Assembly: GCA_964016885.1 (NCBI GenBank)
Contig: OZ024743.1
Coordinates: 43,710,001 to 43,774,000 of the forward strand
DNA: 64,000 nt
Direction of reading: 5' to 3'
DNA from: Eledone cirrhosa
Lineage: Eukaryota
Below, one piece after another: positions 29,325 through 42,326 of the stretch; position 1 is the first letter of the stretch, and every line of letters starts with the position of its first letter. A program made the position numbers and the translations under genes. The notes below the pieces were generated by a model. The model was not told where the DNA came from. It did not search any database and was given only the letters and a program-made list of their open reading frames with translations.

Positions 29325-30857
29325 GTAACCAGTATTTATTCTACCTTCTAGCAGTACTGAAATTATCATTTATAACTTATAATAAGTATGTTAGGTCGAT
29401 TCAATTTTCTATTGCTCCCCCAATATAAACACGCTTTTGTTTTTATGTAATGTAATAGTTGTATTTGCAGATGTTGATGTTGATGGGAGGAATGTAATGC
29501 TTAATTTATGTATTTTACTAGATGAAACAACATCACTCGCATACTGGGGCATTTTTATTTTTCTGATATTCATTTCATTTTCTTCATTAAAATATTTTTT
29601 TTATCTTTTACACTGAATCATAATTGAATAATGTACATTAACATTACCGAACGAGTATGACCTTTCTGTTTAAAGCCAATCCAGGAAACCTTTATTCCAT
29701 TAATTTTTTCCAAACCTTCCAGGTTTTATATTCCTACACAAAACGTTTTGTTTTTTCCTACAAGAGCTAACTAACCTCAAGCAAACTCCCATACGCTATG
29801 GATGAGTTACACTGATTAATTCCCTACCTTTTTCTTTTTCATTTTCAATGTAACTGATATATTTCTTTCTATTATAATTGATTTCTTTCTGAATTTAGTT
29901 TCGATGAGGATTCTTATAATTTACTCATAGAACTATGTTCACAATTTTAACAATTTAGATATTTATTTTTATAATTTTTTTTTATGTAAATCAATTTACT
30001 CTCCACTGCACAAATGTTCTCAAATAATATCATTTATAATTTTTTAATCTCGTGTTTATAATCGATTTAACATGTACATCATACATTTTTTTTACCGTAT
30101 CAAGAATTGCTGTTTCATATAATGAAATGAATAGACTCATACGAACTTGTTTCTTCATTTATAATGAAGACGAACAGTAGTAACAAAACGTTAACAGCTA
30201 ACACACGTTTATTTCGAAATGCATCATACATATTGAATAGTAAATACAAAATATCTCGGCAGTAAGGGGACAAGAAAGGAGAGGAAATGGCCCTTAAACC
30301 CACATCGTACCATTGAGGGCGTTCTGAAACAAGGTTTTTGTTGAGCAATTAAACGTAGCGGCGACCAGCGTCTACATACCTTATTGCTGCCGATTTCTTT
30401 CATTGAAAAACACAAAGAACTGATACTGTAAGACAGGAAGAATTGTCAGTAGTATTGGACGGGTGTTTTATATATCAATTTCGAATATTGTTATCTATGG
30501 GATTTGACCTCTGAACGTCGTGAGCCGGCTCAAATACTGAGACATTTAATCCTAAAATCTAATGGCCTAATCAATTCACCATTGGAATGTGACAGGAGAA
30601 TAACAATTACTCGTGTTTTATTGTATTTGAAAATCTGTTGGTGATTAACTTCGTTTTTCAATTGTTTTGGGGCCATAATATATATGCTCTAAAATGAATA
30701 TGGCGTAATCATATTTCATAGATTCGGGTTCAGTATAACTGAGTAGAATATGTGAGTTTTATTAAGCTCACAAACTGAAATTTGGTAAACGCAAAACAAA
30801 AGAAATACCCGATATATACACACACACACTCACGTTTATATATATTGTTTTGCGTTT

Positions 30858-30898
<41 letters not shown>

Positions 30899-31535
30899 CA
30901 GATTAAAGTTTAAGCTAAGAATCGCTGCTTTCACCCTTAACGGGATCTTATATATTTTATATATATTTATCCTTATCGAGCCCTCGTTGTATTTTAATCT
31001 TCACATCTATTATTATCACTATATATGAATATATATATATATATATACATATGGGTGGGGGTATATGCATATGTGTCAGCAGGTTGCGCGTGGTTAGACA
31101 CTACCGTAGCGATACAAGAAATAAAGAAGTATAAAAATATAATTATCAGTGTTGATATGGTCGAGTATATCCATTCATCGCGTTGTAGCATTGCTGCACT
31201 CAAACGATTGAAATCAGAAAGAAGTATTAGGAAAATTGTTTGTACATTTTCCTCAATCTAGTAGTAATTAGAACACTGTGTCTTGCTCAATGAAAACCAG
31301 ACTAGATAATATTACAGTTTATTGTTGTCATGTAATCTCATTGTTAAGTAGGAAATGTATTTTACCGATTCTTTACTGTTCTAAAGATTATGACTCGTAG
31401 GAACTACCATTTCTTGTCAACGGATGTATGAGAATTCAGTTTTCTGGTTGTATTAATGCCTTTCACTAACGCTAAACGTCAATGGATGAAATAGTACATG
31501 TATAATTATTTAGAATATGTATTTATATATAAATA

Positions 31536-31733
31536 CGAGGATAAGCTGAACAGTTCATAGGATGACTATGAAGGAATTTTGTTAAAGTAGTGAAATTGTG
31601 CATGCATAAATTTCAACTCTCCTTGATAATAAGAGGCTTCTTTCTTTCTAGGGCCAATGTTGACAAGTAAAACTCATTTGGTGATATCACGAGTGTATAT
31701 TGATAAGCCTATGAACTTCTCAGCTGATGATTG
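31536..31733. mobile_element. Tc1/mariner-type MITE
   Basis: TA-flanked imperfect TIRs cgaggataagctgaacagttcatagg / cctatgaacttctcagctgatgattg. Confidence 0.7.
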
Positions 31734-31958
31734 TATATATATATATCTGCGTGTGTGTGTGTGCCTGTCTGTCTGTATTCATGTATGTCTGTCTGTATGT
31801 CTGTTTGTCTGTGTCTGTGTGTATGCCGGTGTGTATGTGTGATTGCGCAGAATTCCATTTTGCCTTTCATTTCTTCAGGTTAAAAATATAAAATACCAGA
31901 CACTTGCGGATTCATTCCACCTGTCACCTTCTCAATGTTCCATTCGTTCCTATGACAG

Positions 31959-31998
31959 TCTCTTGAGAAAACTTCTGACATTGCTCACGCAGGAATGA
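31959..31998 (+). CDS. Candidate internal exon (SLEKTSDIAHAGM)
   Basis: Pyrimidine tract plus CAG acceptor, GTAAGT donor, phase 0 to 1. Confidence 0.3.
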
Positions 31999-32057
31999 GT
32001 AAGTAACGAATTCATGATACATGCTACCATGTCATAGCTCTTCCCAGTGATGGCTGA

Positions 32058-32090
<33 letters not shown>

Positions 32091-32093
<3 letters not shown>

Positions 32094-32450
32094 GTGAAAG
32101 ATTGAATAATAACATGGTCGGCTGTACAAAAAGGGTTTTATTTACATTATTAATTGAACAGGTGAGTCTAAAGGACGCTAATCACTCGAAATTGCGTCAC
32201 TCAACGTTAAATACAGTGTGAGTTTCTGATCAAATCATCGGAATACTGTAAATAAAACTCTTTTTGTACAGCCAACCATGATATTCTTCAATCTTTCACT
32301 ACTATTACTCCAGAATGTTCTGCATGGGAATTCTTGCAAACTCGCTACCTAACTAAGGAAACATCTTGAGTCAAATTACGCTGTACGTTAAAACTATCCA
32401 TAGTACAGAGTACTCACAACCTCTAACTGGATTACCTAAAACGATAACTT
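32091..32450 (+). mobile_element. TA-flanked element with inverted segment and degenerate hammerhead (32163-32203)
   Basis: 32091-32147 is the reverse complement of ~32246-32302. Reads tgagt-CTAAAGG..GAAA-ttgcg-TC-actca. Confidence 0.6.
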
Positions 32451-32455
32451 GTTAT

Positions 32456-32492
<37 letters not shown>

Positions 32493-32706
32493 TATAACAA
32501 GTTTATATATATATATATATATATATAACGGTAGATGTATGTCTGTGTGTGTGTATGATTTTTATGCATTTCCACATTTCTCTACCGATTTTGATGATTT
32601 TTTTCCAATGTGCTCCAAATTTACCAAGGCAGGTCATCGCGTAATTACCTTTGCCAACGATTTCCTGCTTCTATGAACAGGAATCGATAAAACTATATAC
32701 ATGCTG

Positions 32707-32976
32707 TAACCCTCTCTCTCCGCAACTCTCTTTAAAAGGTTACTGTCTCCGTCTCTGAAGGAACGCGACACAAACTTTGATAACCCTCTCTCTTACACGC
32801 TTCATTCCTCTCACTATCCTCAATCTCCTCCGCAACTCTCTTTAAAATGTTACTGCCTTTGTCTCTGAAGGAACGCGACACAAACTTTGATAACCTTCTC
32901 TCTTACAGGCTTCATTCCTCTCACTACCCCCAATCTCCTCTGCAACTCTCTTTAAAAGGTTACTGCCTCCGTCTCC
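32707..32976 (+). repeat. ~110-bp tandem repeat (~2.4 copies) in the Helitron 5' region
   Basis: gcaactctctttaaaa recurs at ~32722, 32832 and 32942. Confidence 0.9.
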
Positions 32977-33644
32977 ATCACAGTTTAGAACAACGACAAA
33001 ACTTCTCTCTATATGTAATAGATCATTCCCCCTCTTCGTTCGTCATACATCAAATATCAAAATTTAAAAAGCCGATAACACTAAATACATACTGCTCTCT
33101 CAACGTTACATTTTACGCACTTACATTTTAGATCAAATAACACATATTCAAAAGCAACAGATGCATTTATAAAACAACAAACGTAACAGTAACGACGCTT
33201 AAGCATTTATTTACATGATTCTCAACAAAGACATATATATTTTATTGTTGTCCTTTTTGTAATTTTCTTTCTTTGTTTTTCTCAATATGAGACCAAAAAT
33301 TAATGAGAAAACTTTTTTAATGAACGTCCGATTTCGATGATTTATATTCCAGTGTGCTCCAAAATAACGCCACTGTTTAGGCTCTTTTGTGCTATAACTC
33401 AGACAGGTTTGGCTTGCATGTTTGACCTATTTTTTGACGTGCATTCTTCATATATCTTACTTAGTACTCACTTTCCACTTACTCACCGTTCAATTGAAAG
33501 TTTTGGCTACTCCCCTATTCATGCTCCATTACCTGCATAAATATTTACGTGTTCGGTCCTGCTACAATATAGTACTCACTTTAAACTAATTCAAAGTTCA
33601 TTTGAACATTTTCGCTACCAAACACATTCTTTGAATCTACGGTC

Positions 33645-36600
33645 ATGCCACCCCAAAAAAGACCACGACTTAGTTGCCAAGCTAAAGCTGCTTCTGCTGC
33701 CAAACGAAGAAGAGCTACAGACTTGTCCGTAGAAAAATTGACTCGGTTGTCAGAAAATGCAACTCGAAATGCAATTACCCGGGAAACCGAGACAGAAAAA
33801 AAGTGGAGCATCCGCCTTTCCGGAAATGCATTTGTAATTGCAGTTGCACGTGCAGTGCAAACTGATGAATAACATTCTCGACGACGAAGAAACAATGCGG
33901 CCTCTACCGCTGCGGCACGTGGCGGTGAGGACGAAGATCACCGTTACAGTCGACGACGAAGAGATGCCGCCTGAACTGCTGCGTTACGTGCTACCGAGGA
34001 CGAAGGGCAGTGTTCCAGACGTCAACGTACGGACGCCGCTTCAACAGCTTCTGTTCGCGCATCAGAGACTGCGCAAATTCAATTACAAAGGATAAACGCC
34101 AACACACTCTGCAGGAGTGCTAAACGAGGTGCACAGAGGATCAGTTGCGCTCAGTGGTCTCATAAGGCTTCCCACTATGACCCAACAGTAAACTATGCAT
34201 TGATGCCAGAAGTTCAGATTGGCTCCATGTCTGTCATTTGCCAATATTGTCGGGAAAAAAAATGGTCTGGGGAAACTTCAGGGATGTGCTGCTCTGGTGG
34301 CAAAGTGAGACTGCCTCCTCTAGAGGAACCACCACAACTTTTGAAGTTTCTACTGACCGGTGCCACAGCGGAGTCGGAACACTTCCTTCGATGTTCTAGG
34401 AGATACAACGCTGCCTTCCAAATGACCTCTTTCAGAGCTAACATCATACGCGAGGACGGTTTCATGCCCACCTTTCAAGTTCAAGGACAAATTTACCACA
34501 GAATCGGTTCGCTACTGCCCACGACAGACGGACAGCCACAGTTCCTGCAGCTATACTTTGTCACTGACTATTTGGACCAGCGGAACGACGCGCTTCAATT
34601 TCGCCTGGTACAGACATGAACATTCTGTTGCAACTCCAGAGAATGCTGCACGAAAACAACAACTACATTCGCAGTTTTAATTGCGTATTGGAGGCTGCTC
34701 CGTTGCCTAATTTTGTTGTTATAATAGACGCTGACAGGATACTACCAGGCACCCACGCCAGACGTTTTAACACTCCCGCGTGCAATGAAATAGCTTTGCT
34801 TCTTCGTGGAGAACAGTACAACAAGCGGGAAATCATACTTCAGTGTAGGGACAATAGTCTGCAACGGATCAGTGAGACTCATAGGTCTTACGACGCATTC
34901 CAATATCCCCTACTTTTCCCATTCGGTGACGACGGATACCACTTTGGAATTCCTTTGTGCAACAGCAACAAAACTGTTTCCTCTATGCAATTCTACACCT
35001 ACCGATTCATGGTCCGCGAATGCTGCTTTAACCAACTCCACCATGCAAGAGTACTCTTCAACCAGCTTGCTGAAGACGCGTGCGCAAAGATGGAATCTGA
35101 AAGGCTGTGCTACATAAGGAACAATCAAGCACGCCTTCGTTCGGACAGCTACATTCATTACGGGATGGAGTAAGGAATGACGTCGATCTTGAGAACCTAG
35201 GAAAACATTGTATCCTTCCATCAACCTTCATTGGGAGTCCCCGATACATGAGTAGAACGCACACAGGATGCTATGACGTACGTGCGTCTCTACCGCAGAC
35301 CGGATCTCTTCATCACTTCAACATGCAACCCTAAGTGGAATGAAATTACCGCGGAATTATTCCCCGGACGAAGGGCGTCAGACAGACACGATCTTACGGC
35401 ACGAGTCTTTCACTTGAAGTTGACAAAACTTATTGAACTCCTAAAACTAGGTAAGGCCTTTACCGTTGAGTGGCAAAAGAGAGGCTTAACACACGCTCAC
35501 CTACTCATATGACTGATAACGAAAATCAACGCAAGCAACATTAGCAACATCATTTCAGCAGAAATACCCGACCCAAAATTGGATAGAGAACTCCACAACA
35601 TCGTCACTGCCTACATGGTTCATGGGTCATGCGGAAACCGTTTCAACATGAATTTTCCATGCATTTTCCATGCATTAAAGAAAGAAGGTGAACCAAGAGG
35701 TATCCTAGGACATTCCTCCGAGAAACTCGGACAGGTGGCGACAGTTATCCATTACACCGCAGCAGGGAGCCAGCGGACGGAGGAATTGTTGCGAAAGCAC
35801 CACATCACAACGTCGACAACCGGTGGATTGTAACCTACTGCCCACTTCTACTTAAATGTTTAACGCCCACATTAACGTTGAATACTGCCACTCCGTCAAA
35901 TCGATGAAGTACATCTGCAAGTATTTCAATAATGTGTCCGATGCTGCATCCTTTGGTCTTACAATGGAGAACAACGGAGACGAAGTTGAAGGTCGGCCGA
36001 TACATCAGCAGTAATGAAGCGTTCTGGCGATTCTTCCACTTTGCAATACACCATAACTACCCGCCAATCAAAATGTTGGCGGTGCACCTTGAAAACGGTC
36101 AAAGAGTTTACTTCACCGCCTCCACCGCTGCTGAGATAGCAGAGGAACCCAAGGACACCTCACTTACGGCATTTTTTAAGTTATGCCGAAACAATCCTTT
36201 CGCCAAGACAATCTTCTACTCTCAGGTGCCATCACTACAACAGAATTTGGTTAAGACGGGTGAAAGGACAACCCGTCGAGGGACATTCAGACATTAAAAT
36301 GTCCCCTAATCTTGGGAGAGTGTACACGATTCGTCTTAACCAACAGGAATGCTTTTACCTCCGCCTTCTACTGCATGACGTGGTAGGACCGCCACATTCC
36401 GACGATCTGAAAACACTCAACGGAGAGCTTTGTACTTCATTCCGCGCAGCCTGCCTTAGACGGGGTCTACTGGAAGATGGCGCTCAGTGGGATGTGACAT
36501 TGGTGGAGGCAGCTACAATACGCTCAGCGCGAACTCTTCGGAAACTCTTTGCGGTTCTACTGCAGACATGCGAGTTAAGCGATCCTGCATCTTTATGGGA

Positions 36601-38220
36601 CAAATACAAAGAGGACCTTTCCGATGACTACATACTCCAAGGACAATTGCTACTCCCTCATTCCGACGTACGACTCACCGACAAATTCTTCAACAAAGCT
36701 CTCATTGACATCGAGGACAAAATCCTAACTGCCGGCGGAAATGACCTTCAATTCTATGGACTGCCAATGCTCGGACAAACTTCCGACGGGCATAATTCAG
36801 GAAACTGCCTACGACGTCCACGCCCTCGAACTGTTCATCAACGAAAACGAGCCGAAATTGTTTCAGGACCAACGGCGTGCGTATGACACAGTTTGCACTT
36901 CCATTCGTCAACGCAGAGGAGATATCTTCTTTTTGGACTCCCCAGGAGGAAATGGTAAAACATTCGTCAAGAAACTCCTCCTCGCCAAGGTGCGACAGCA
37001 GAAAGGAATCGCCCTGGCTGTGGCTTCTTCTGGCATTGCGGCAACTCTGCTGCCCGGAGGTAGGACAGCTCATTCCGCATTTAAACTACCATTCAACACG
37101 ACTTCAGACGGCACAATAACCTGCAACATCACCAAGGACTCTGACAAATCTGAAGTCTTGAAAAGATGCCACCCAATTGTGTGGGATGAATGCACAATGG
37201 CCCATAACGTGTCCCTTGAGGCGTTAGACAGTACCCTACGAGACATCAGGGAATGCAACCGGCCGATGGGAGGAGTACCTCTACTGCTGTCTGGCGATTT
37301 TCGACAAACTCTTCCAATTGTTCCAAAAGACACCAGGGCCGACACTGTGGGGGCTTGCATTAAGTCATCTCCACTGTTGCAGGAAGTGACAATCCTTACC
37401 CTCACAACAAACATGAGAGCCCAACTGCTCGGCAACCACACAGCAGCCGACTTCTCAAATGACCTCTTAACAGTCGGTGACGGCACTGCACCTTCAGATG
37501 CAGCTGGAGAAAAGGCAGTCTCGCAAGTAGGCACCGTTGTCGACACTATCGACGACCTCACAGCCTCTGTCTTTCCCGATATGGTGACCAACTCCAAAAA
37601 CATGAGTTGGCTATGCAATAGAGCCATATTGGCTCCCAAAAATGTCTCAGTTGCAAAAATCAATGAGGACCTTCTGAAACACATTCCTGGAAACCTCCGT
37701 ACCTACAAATCTGTGGACAAAGTGGTGGACAAAGATGAGGATGACGATTTTCCAACAGAATTCCTCAATTCTTTGGACCTCTCTGGACTGCCACCTCATG
37801 AACTGCGCATCAAAGTTGGGACTCCAGTCATGCTGTTGAGGAACCTGGAACCGCCACGTCTCTGCAACGGAACACGGTAAGTGGTAAGAAACCTCCTGCC
37901 GCATGTAATTGAAGGCTCAATTCTCACGAGCTGCGGCGCTGGAGAAAAGGTCTTCATACACAGAATACCATTAACTCCATCAGCACGGAATGCCCCTGTA
38001 CTCTGCGCCGACTTCAAATCCCCGTTAAACTTTGCTCGCGATGTCAATCAACAAGTCCCAAGGCCAAACGCTATCAACGGCAGGCATGTATTTAGCCCAG
38101 CCGTGCTTCTCACACGGCCAATTATACGACGCATGCTCAAGAGTGTGTTGCAAACAGAACTTATTCATACTTGCGCCCAAAGGCAGAACAAAAAATGTGG
38201 TCTACATAGAGGTGTTGTGA
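33645..38220 (+). pseudogene. Helitron RepHel (zinc finger, HUH Rep, PIF1-like SF1 helicase) with multiple frameshifts and stops
   Basis: CQYC..CCSGG, PDLFITSTCNP, VEWQKRGLTHAHLL, KYICKY, PGGNGKT, VWDEC, GDFRQTLP, LLRNL..LCNGTR, SINKSQGQT, HGQLY..SRV. Confidence 0.95.
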
Positions 38221-38402
38221 CTCCACTATTCAGCACCACTGCAGTCTTGCCGGTCTGACATATGGTGAGTAGATGATGCTATTGTTGTATATGTTCAAAC
38301 TTACCCGTATTTACTTTCAATGCCTCAATAATCATAATTGAGTGAAATCATTAAAATTCTTTAAAACAATTAAACTCCGAGCAGCGCCAGGCATTTCTCC
38401 TA

Positions 38403-38472
<70 letters not shown>

Positions 38473-38474
<2 letters not shown>

Positions 38475-38810
38475 TAGCATATAGAGTATTTTGCAATACA
38501 CTGTATGCTTAATTAAAAGCATTTTGAAGACCTTACGCTATTATTTTAAAGTAGTGACTATGTCACTTACTTCTTTTTTCAGCAAACAAAGGGAGATAAG
38601 AACAGATCTCTGTTTCGTACTGTTGGTACTTCTCAGAGATTAGCACTCCCTTTGCCTGCTGAAAATGATGAATGTTAGATTGTTATAGAATCTCTTCAGA
38701 GCACCATTTCTAATTTTCAATTTTTGCTGCTCCGGCATACAGTGTATTGCAAAATACACTATATATACATTCATATATATATCGCTATTTCAGAGCACCA
38801 ATTATTATAT

Positions 38811-38813
<3 letters not shown>
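38473..38813. mobile_element. Relative of the 310-bp array unit, with an inverted part and a variant hammerhead (38606-38640, minus)
   Basis: Shares tagcg..ggtcttcaaaatg, catacag and atatcgctatttcagagca. Minus strand reads atct-CTGAGAA-gtac caaca gtac-GAAA-cag-agat inside a long stem. Confidence 0.8.
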
Positions 38814-38881
<68 letters not shown>

Positions 38882-39114
38882 TCAGCCAGAATCGCATTTC
38901 GGCGTGTAGAAATAGTAAAATGAAACGCAAAAACCAGAATTATGCTGGCAAGCGCTTTATAGTTAAAATTCCAGAGTTAAACAATATGTTAAAACCCCAT
39001 ACAAAACTGAAAAAGTGGTCAAGAAAGCATCAACCACCTAAGCCAAAAACCAAATCAAGCTAGACAGGTCGAAACAAAATAAATGATAAAAAAAATATAT
39101 ATATAAAATATATA

Positions 39115-39164
<50 letters not shown>

Positions 39165-39262
39165 AATGGAAGTTTAGTAAATCGAAGTTTTGGCCAAGTT
39201 AACGATATATAATTAGGAATGTGCAGGAAATCACTCGATATGGCTGTGTCACCTTAGAGTAT

Positions 39263-39447
39263 TAACTGTTTCTACTTTAGGCTCAAGGCCACCAAATACC
39301 CAGTGCATTACTGGTACTTTATTTTATCGACCCCGTAAGGATGAAAGGAAAAGTCAACCTCGGCGGGATTTGAACTCAGATCGTAAAGGGACGTAATTAT
39401 GCTGGAAAGCATGGCGTCAGACCCTCTACAGATACTACCAATCCACC
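39263..39447 (-). mobile_element. Main SINE
   Basis: Matches the family consensus. Confidence 0.9.
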
Positions 39448-39671
39448 AACATACGTTAGATAGATTGACAAATTGAAAATTGCGGCAGGTGAGCCTAGCC
39501 ACATAATACCAACGCAACAGAAAGGCCGTAAGGTTAGATAACAGATCTATATATCTATTTAAATCCAGAGTCGGGATAGATCGATGCAGATCGAACCTTC
39601 AGCTGATCAAAACCAAAACGATCGTCACTACTTAACAAACGTAAAGAAGACATAACAAACCATCCCCAGTA

Positions 39672-40133
39672 CAGGTAGAGCGTCAGACGTCATGCTTTGC
39701 AGCAGAAGGTTATAGCCCTTTACGTTCTGTTTTCAAATTCGTCAAGGGTAACTTTGCCTTTTATTCTTATGTGGTCGACAAAATAAAGAACCACTAATAC
39801 ACTGGGATATTTGCTGGATTGTGCCAAACGTAGAAATAGTATTATTATTATTACACTCTGCTTAGTTGTACAACTCTATACTTACTGGATACGAAGTGCT
39901 CACTTTGGTGAACATACGGAGACTGCACATTATATTCCCTATATATATATACTAAGCAGAGTGTAATAATAATAATACTATTTCTACGTTTGGCACAATC
40001 CAGCAAATATCCCAGTGTATTACTGGTTCTTTACTTTGTCGACCACATAAGAATAAAAGGCAAAGTTAACCTTGACGAATTTGAAAACAGAACGTAAAGG
40101 GCTATAACCTTCTGCTGCAATGCATGGCGTCTG
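39672..40133. repeat. Diverged SINE (39672-39852) and its local inverted copy including unique flank (39951-40133)
   Basis: 39951-40133 is the reverse complement of 39684-39866 and is bracketed by (TA)n. Confidence 0.9.
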
Positions 40134-40278
40134 ATATATATATATATATATATATGAAATTCAAAAACGTGTATGTCGTAGCTAAATTTCAATTCTACTT
40201 TTAATCTAAGCCAAGTTACACAGCCATATATACAAATGAGGATACTTAGCCCATCTACACCGGCAAAAACAGGGAAGC

Positions 40279-40317
40279 ACTGTCCTGATGATAGCCAGAG
40301 CCTGAAATGAGTATAGT
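40279..40317 (+). ncRNA. Slightly degenerate type I hammerhead
   Basis: actgtc-CTGATGA-tagccagagcct-GAAA-tgag-TA-tagt. Resembles the 42700 HHR. Confidence 0.6.
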
Positions 40318-40550
40318 CAGTTTTCCTCCAATGCTTCTGCTGGATCCATCTAGAGGGCGCAAGCCGTCAGACTTTCAATAGTCATAGCTTGGCTTTGAAA
40401 TATTTATATATTAAACATAGCGTATATCTGTAGATAGAGGAGATTTACATACTTGTACATCTATAAAGGTGTTTCGGATCTAAATTGTAATTCTCTTTCT
40501 CTATATATATCTCACTCTCTCTTTTTCTCTCTATCTTCTCTCTCTCTCTC

Positions 40551-40609
<59 letters not shown>

Positions 40610-40844
40610 TTGGACCTTCTTGACCTCGCTAGCATATATAATATTTATTTTCTGTAATTCTATTATTTATGTTTACCAATTGGCGCCAACATACTGCTAA
40701 ATATCGCTCATGAAAATACATTTCAAGATAATAAGTATTTGTACAGTATGATGATATATTTAATGAATTTATATATTGTGTATTTATTCCATCTAGCATA
40801 TAAAACATATTCTAAATCTCCTGTTAATATTTATATCAAGTATC

Positions 40845-40913
<69 letters not shown>

Positions 40914-41671
40914 CAAATGTGTGTGTGTGTGTGTGTGTGAATAAGAAGACATATATAAACGTATGTAATACGCTCACATATAATAATCATATGGGCAGAC
41001 TTGATGCCGAAGAAATATAACATATCGTACTTTTTCTTTCGGAATGAAACGAAACGAAAAAAATTTATTTTTTTCTCTATTTTTCCCGTTGAATATATCA
41101 TTGAGCTGCCAGAAATGTCTGAGAGTGTTAGGCCGATGTTTCAAAATATGTTAATCCTTTTCTCACTGACACTCACTTAGAACTTATTGGCATGAAATAG
41201 ACTGTAGTCTATATAGAATTTTCATGAGGATCATTGCTGGGATCATTTGCATATAAGAAAGCAAGGAACATCGGCGAGAAGTCGTCATTTCCATATAGTG
41301 CGAGTATGTAGCGACTGATGAATATGTTTCAGATTTAATTTGTTAAAATTTGTATGTACTTTACTCCTTTGAATAGTTTAGGCATGCGCACATTGGTAAG
41401 GAGATGTTCATACCTTTCAAATTCTCTCTGGATTTTTTTGACGGCAGTGTAACGGCTCTTTCGAACTAATATGTTATTTATCTCGTTATTAATAACTATA
41501 AAAATATTTGAAACCTGGTTTCATATTTATAAGATTAAATTATAGTAATTATGCAACAATACATATATATATAAGTTTATCCCGGTTCAATCGAGGGTAA
41601 CAACAGTAAGTGAGGTACTCAATACAAAGAAGAGTATACATATTTAATAAAGAAAGGCTTCTGCATGAATA

Positions 41672-41705
41672 GAATTGTTTCATTCGGGAGAAATCATCAG
41701 GTAGC
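41672..41705 (-). ncRNA. Hammerhead core within a 14-bp stem in a TA-flanked element (41572-41740)
   Basis: CTGATGA-t ttc tccc gaa t-GAAA-caat-TC, enclosed by gaaaggcttctgca/tgcagaagcctttc. A related relic lies at ~6455-6485. Confidence 0.6.
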
Positions 41706-42326
41706 TTCCTGCAGAAGCCTTTCTATACTAAATATGAAATATATATATATATATATATATATATGGTAGCTGCTAACTCGTTTTCGAGTACGGCCACTAA
41801 TTTATATCCATGTAGCAGAATCCCTACCGATGCGCTGAACGTGTGTGACTTGTTAGTCCAGCCAGTGACTTGAAAACTCTGGTACGAACACTACACTTGT
41901 GACAATTATTGACACATAGTGCTGGGCCCATGGTACCATGTAACGACAAGTGCAGAGAGATCTCCAGATATAAAGCAATGCCTGTGCCGTGAAGCTTTTA
42001 TAGTGAGCAAAGGCACTGCACAAAGCCTGTCCCACTCTCTTAACCAAGATGATATTTACCAAAAAGAAGAACAAGTCAACATCATTGGATACCATCAGAG
42101 TTGGAGGTGTTATATCAGAGTTTTCCTTCTCCTAGAATTCTGCCTTGAAAAAGGCTAAGGGGTCATCTCTCCCGGTGATTTTGGATGGCCATTGACTCTT
42201 AAGAGCTCTTTTGCTTTTTGACAGGTTTTGTCTTTAGTCCTGCAGGATGTCCAAAGTCACCCTCCTCTCCAAGAAACCTAGGTGTGGTTGCATGTTTAAT
42301 CGCCAACGACCCGACCATGATATATA

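Larger units (their letters stand above)
32504..38403 (+). mobile_element. Near full-length Helitron (rolling-circle transposon), inserted in (TA)n
   Basis: RepHel coding remnants. Imperfect 3' GC hairpin ccgagcagcgccagg followed by CTAG|T at 38400-38403. Helitron-like 5' (TA)n-acgg..(TG)n..ccgattttgatg, though the exact 5' base is uncertain. Confidence 0.9.

Noticed and set aside
29471-29493. Micro-exon candidate (tttgcag..gtaatg)
   Set aside because: Phase-incompatible with the 29217 candidate exon and has a weak donor.
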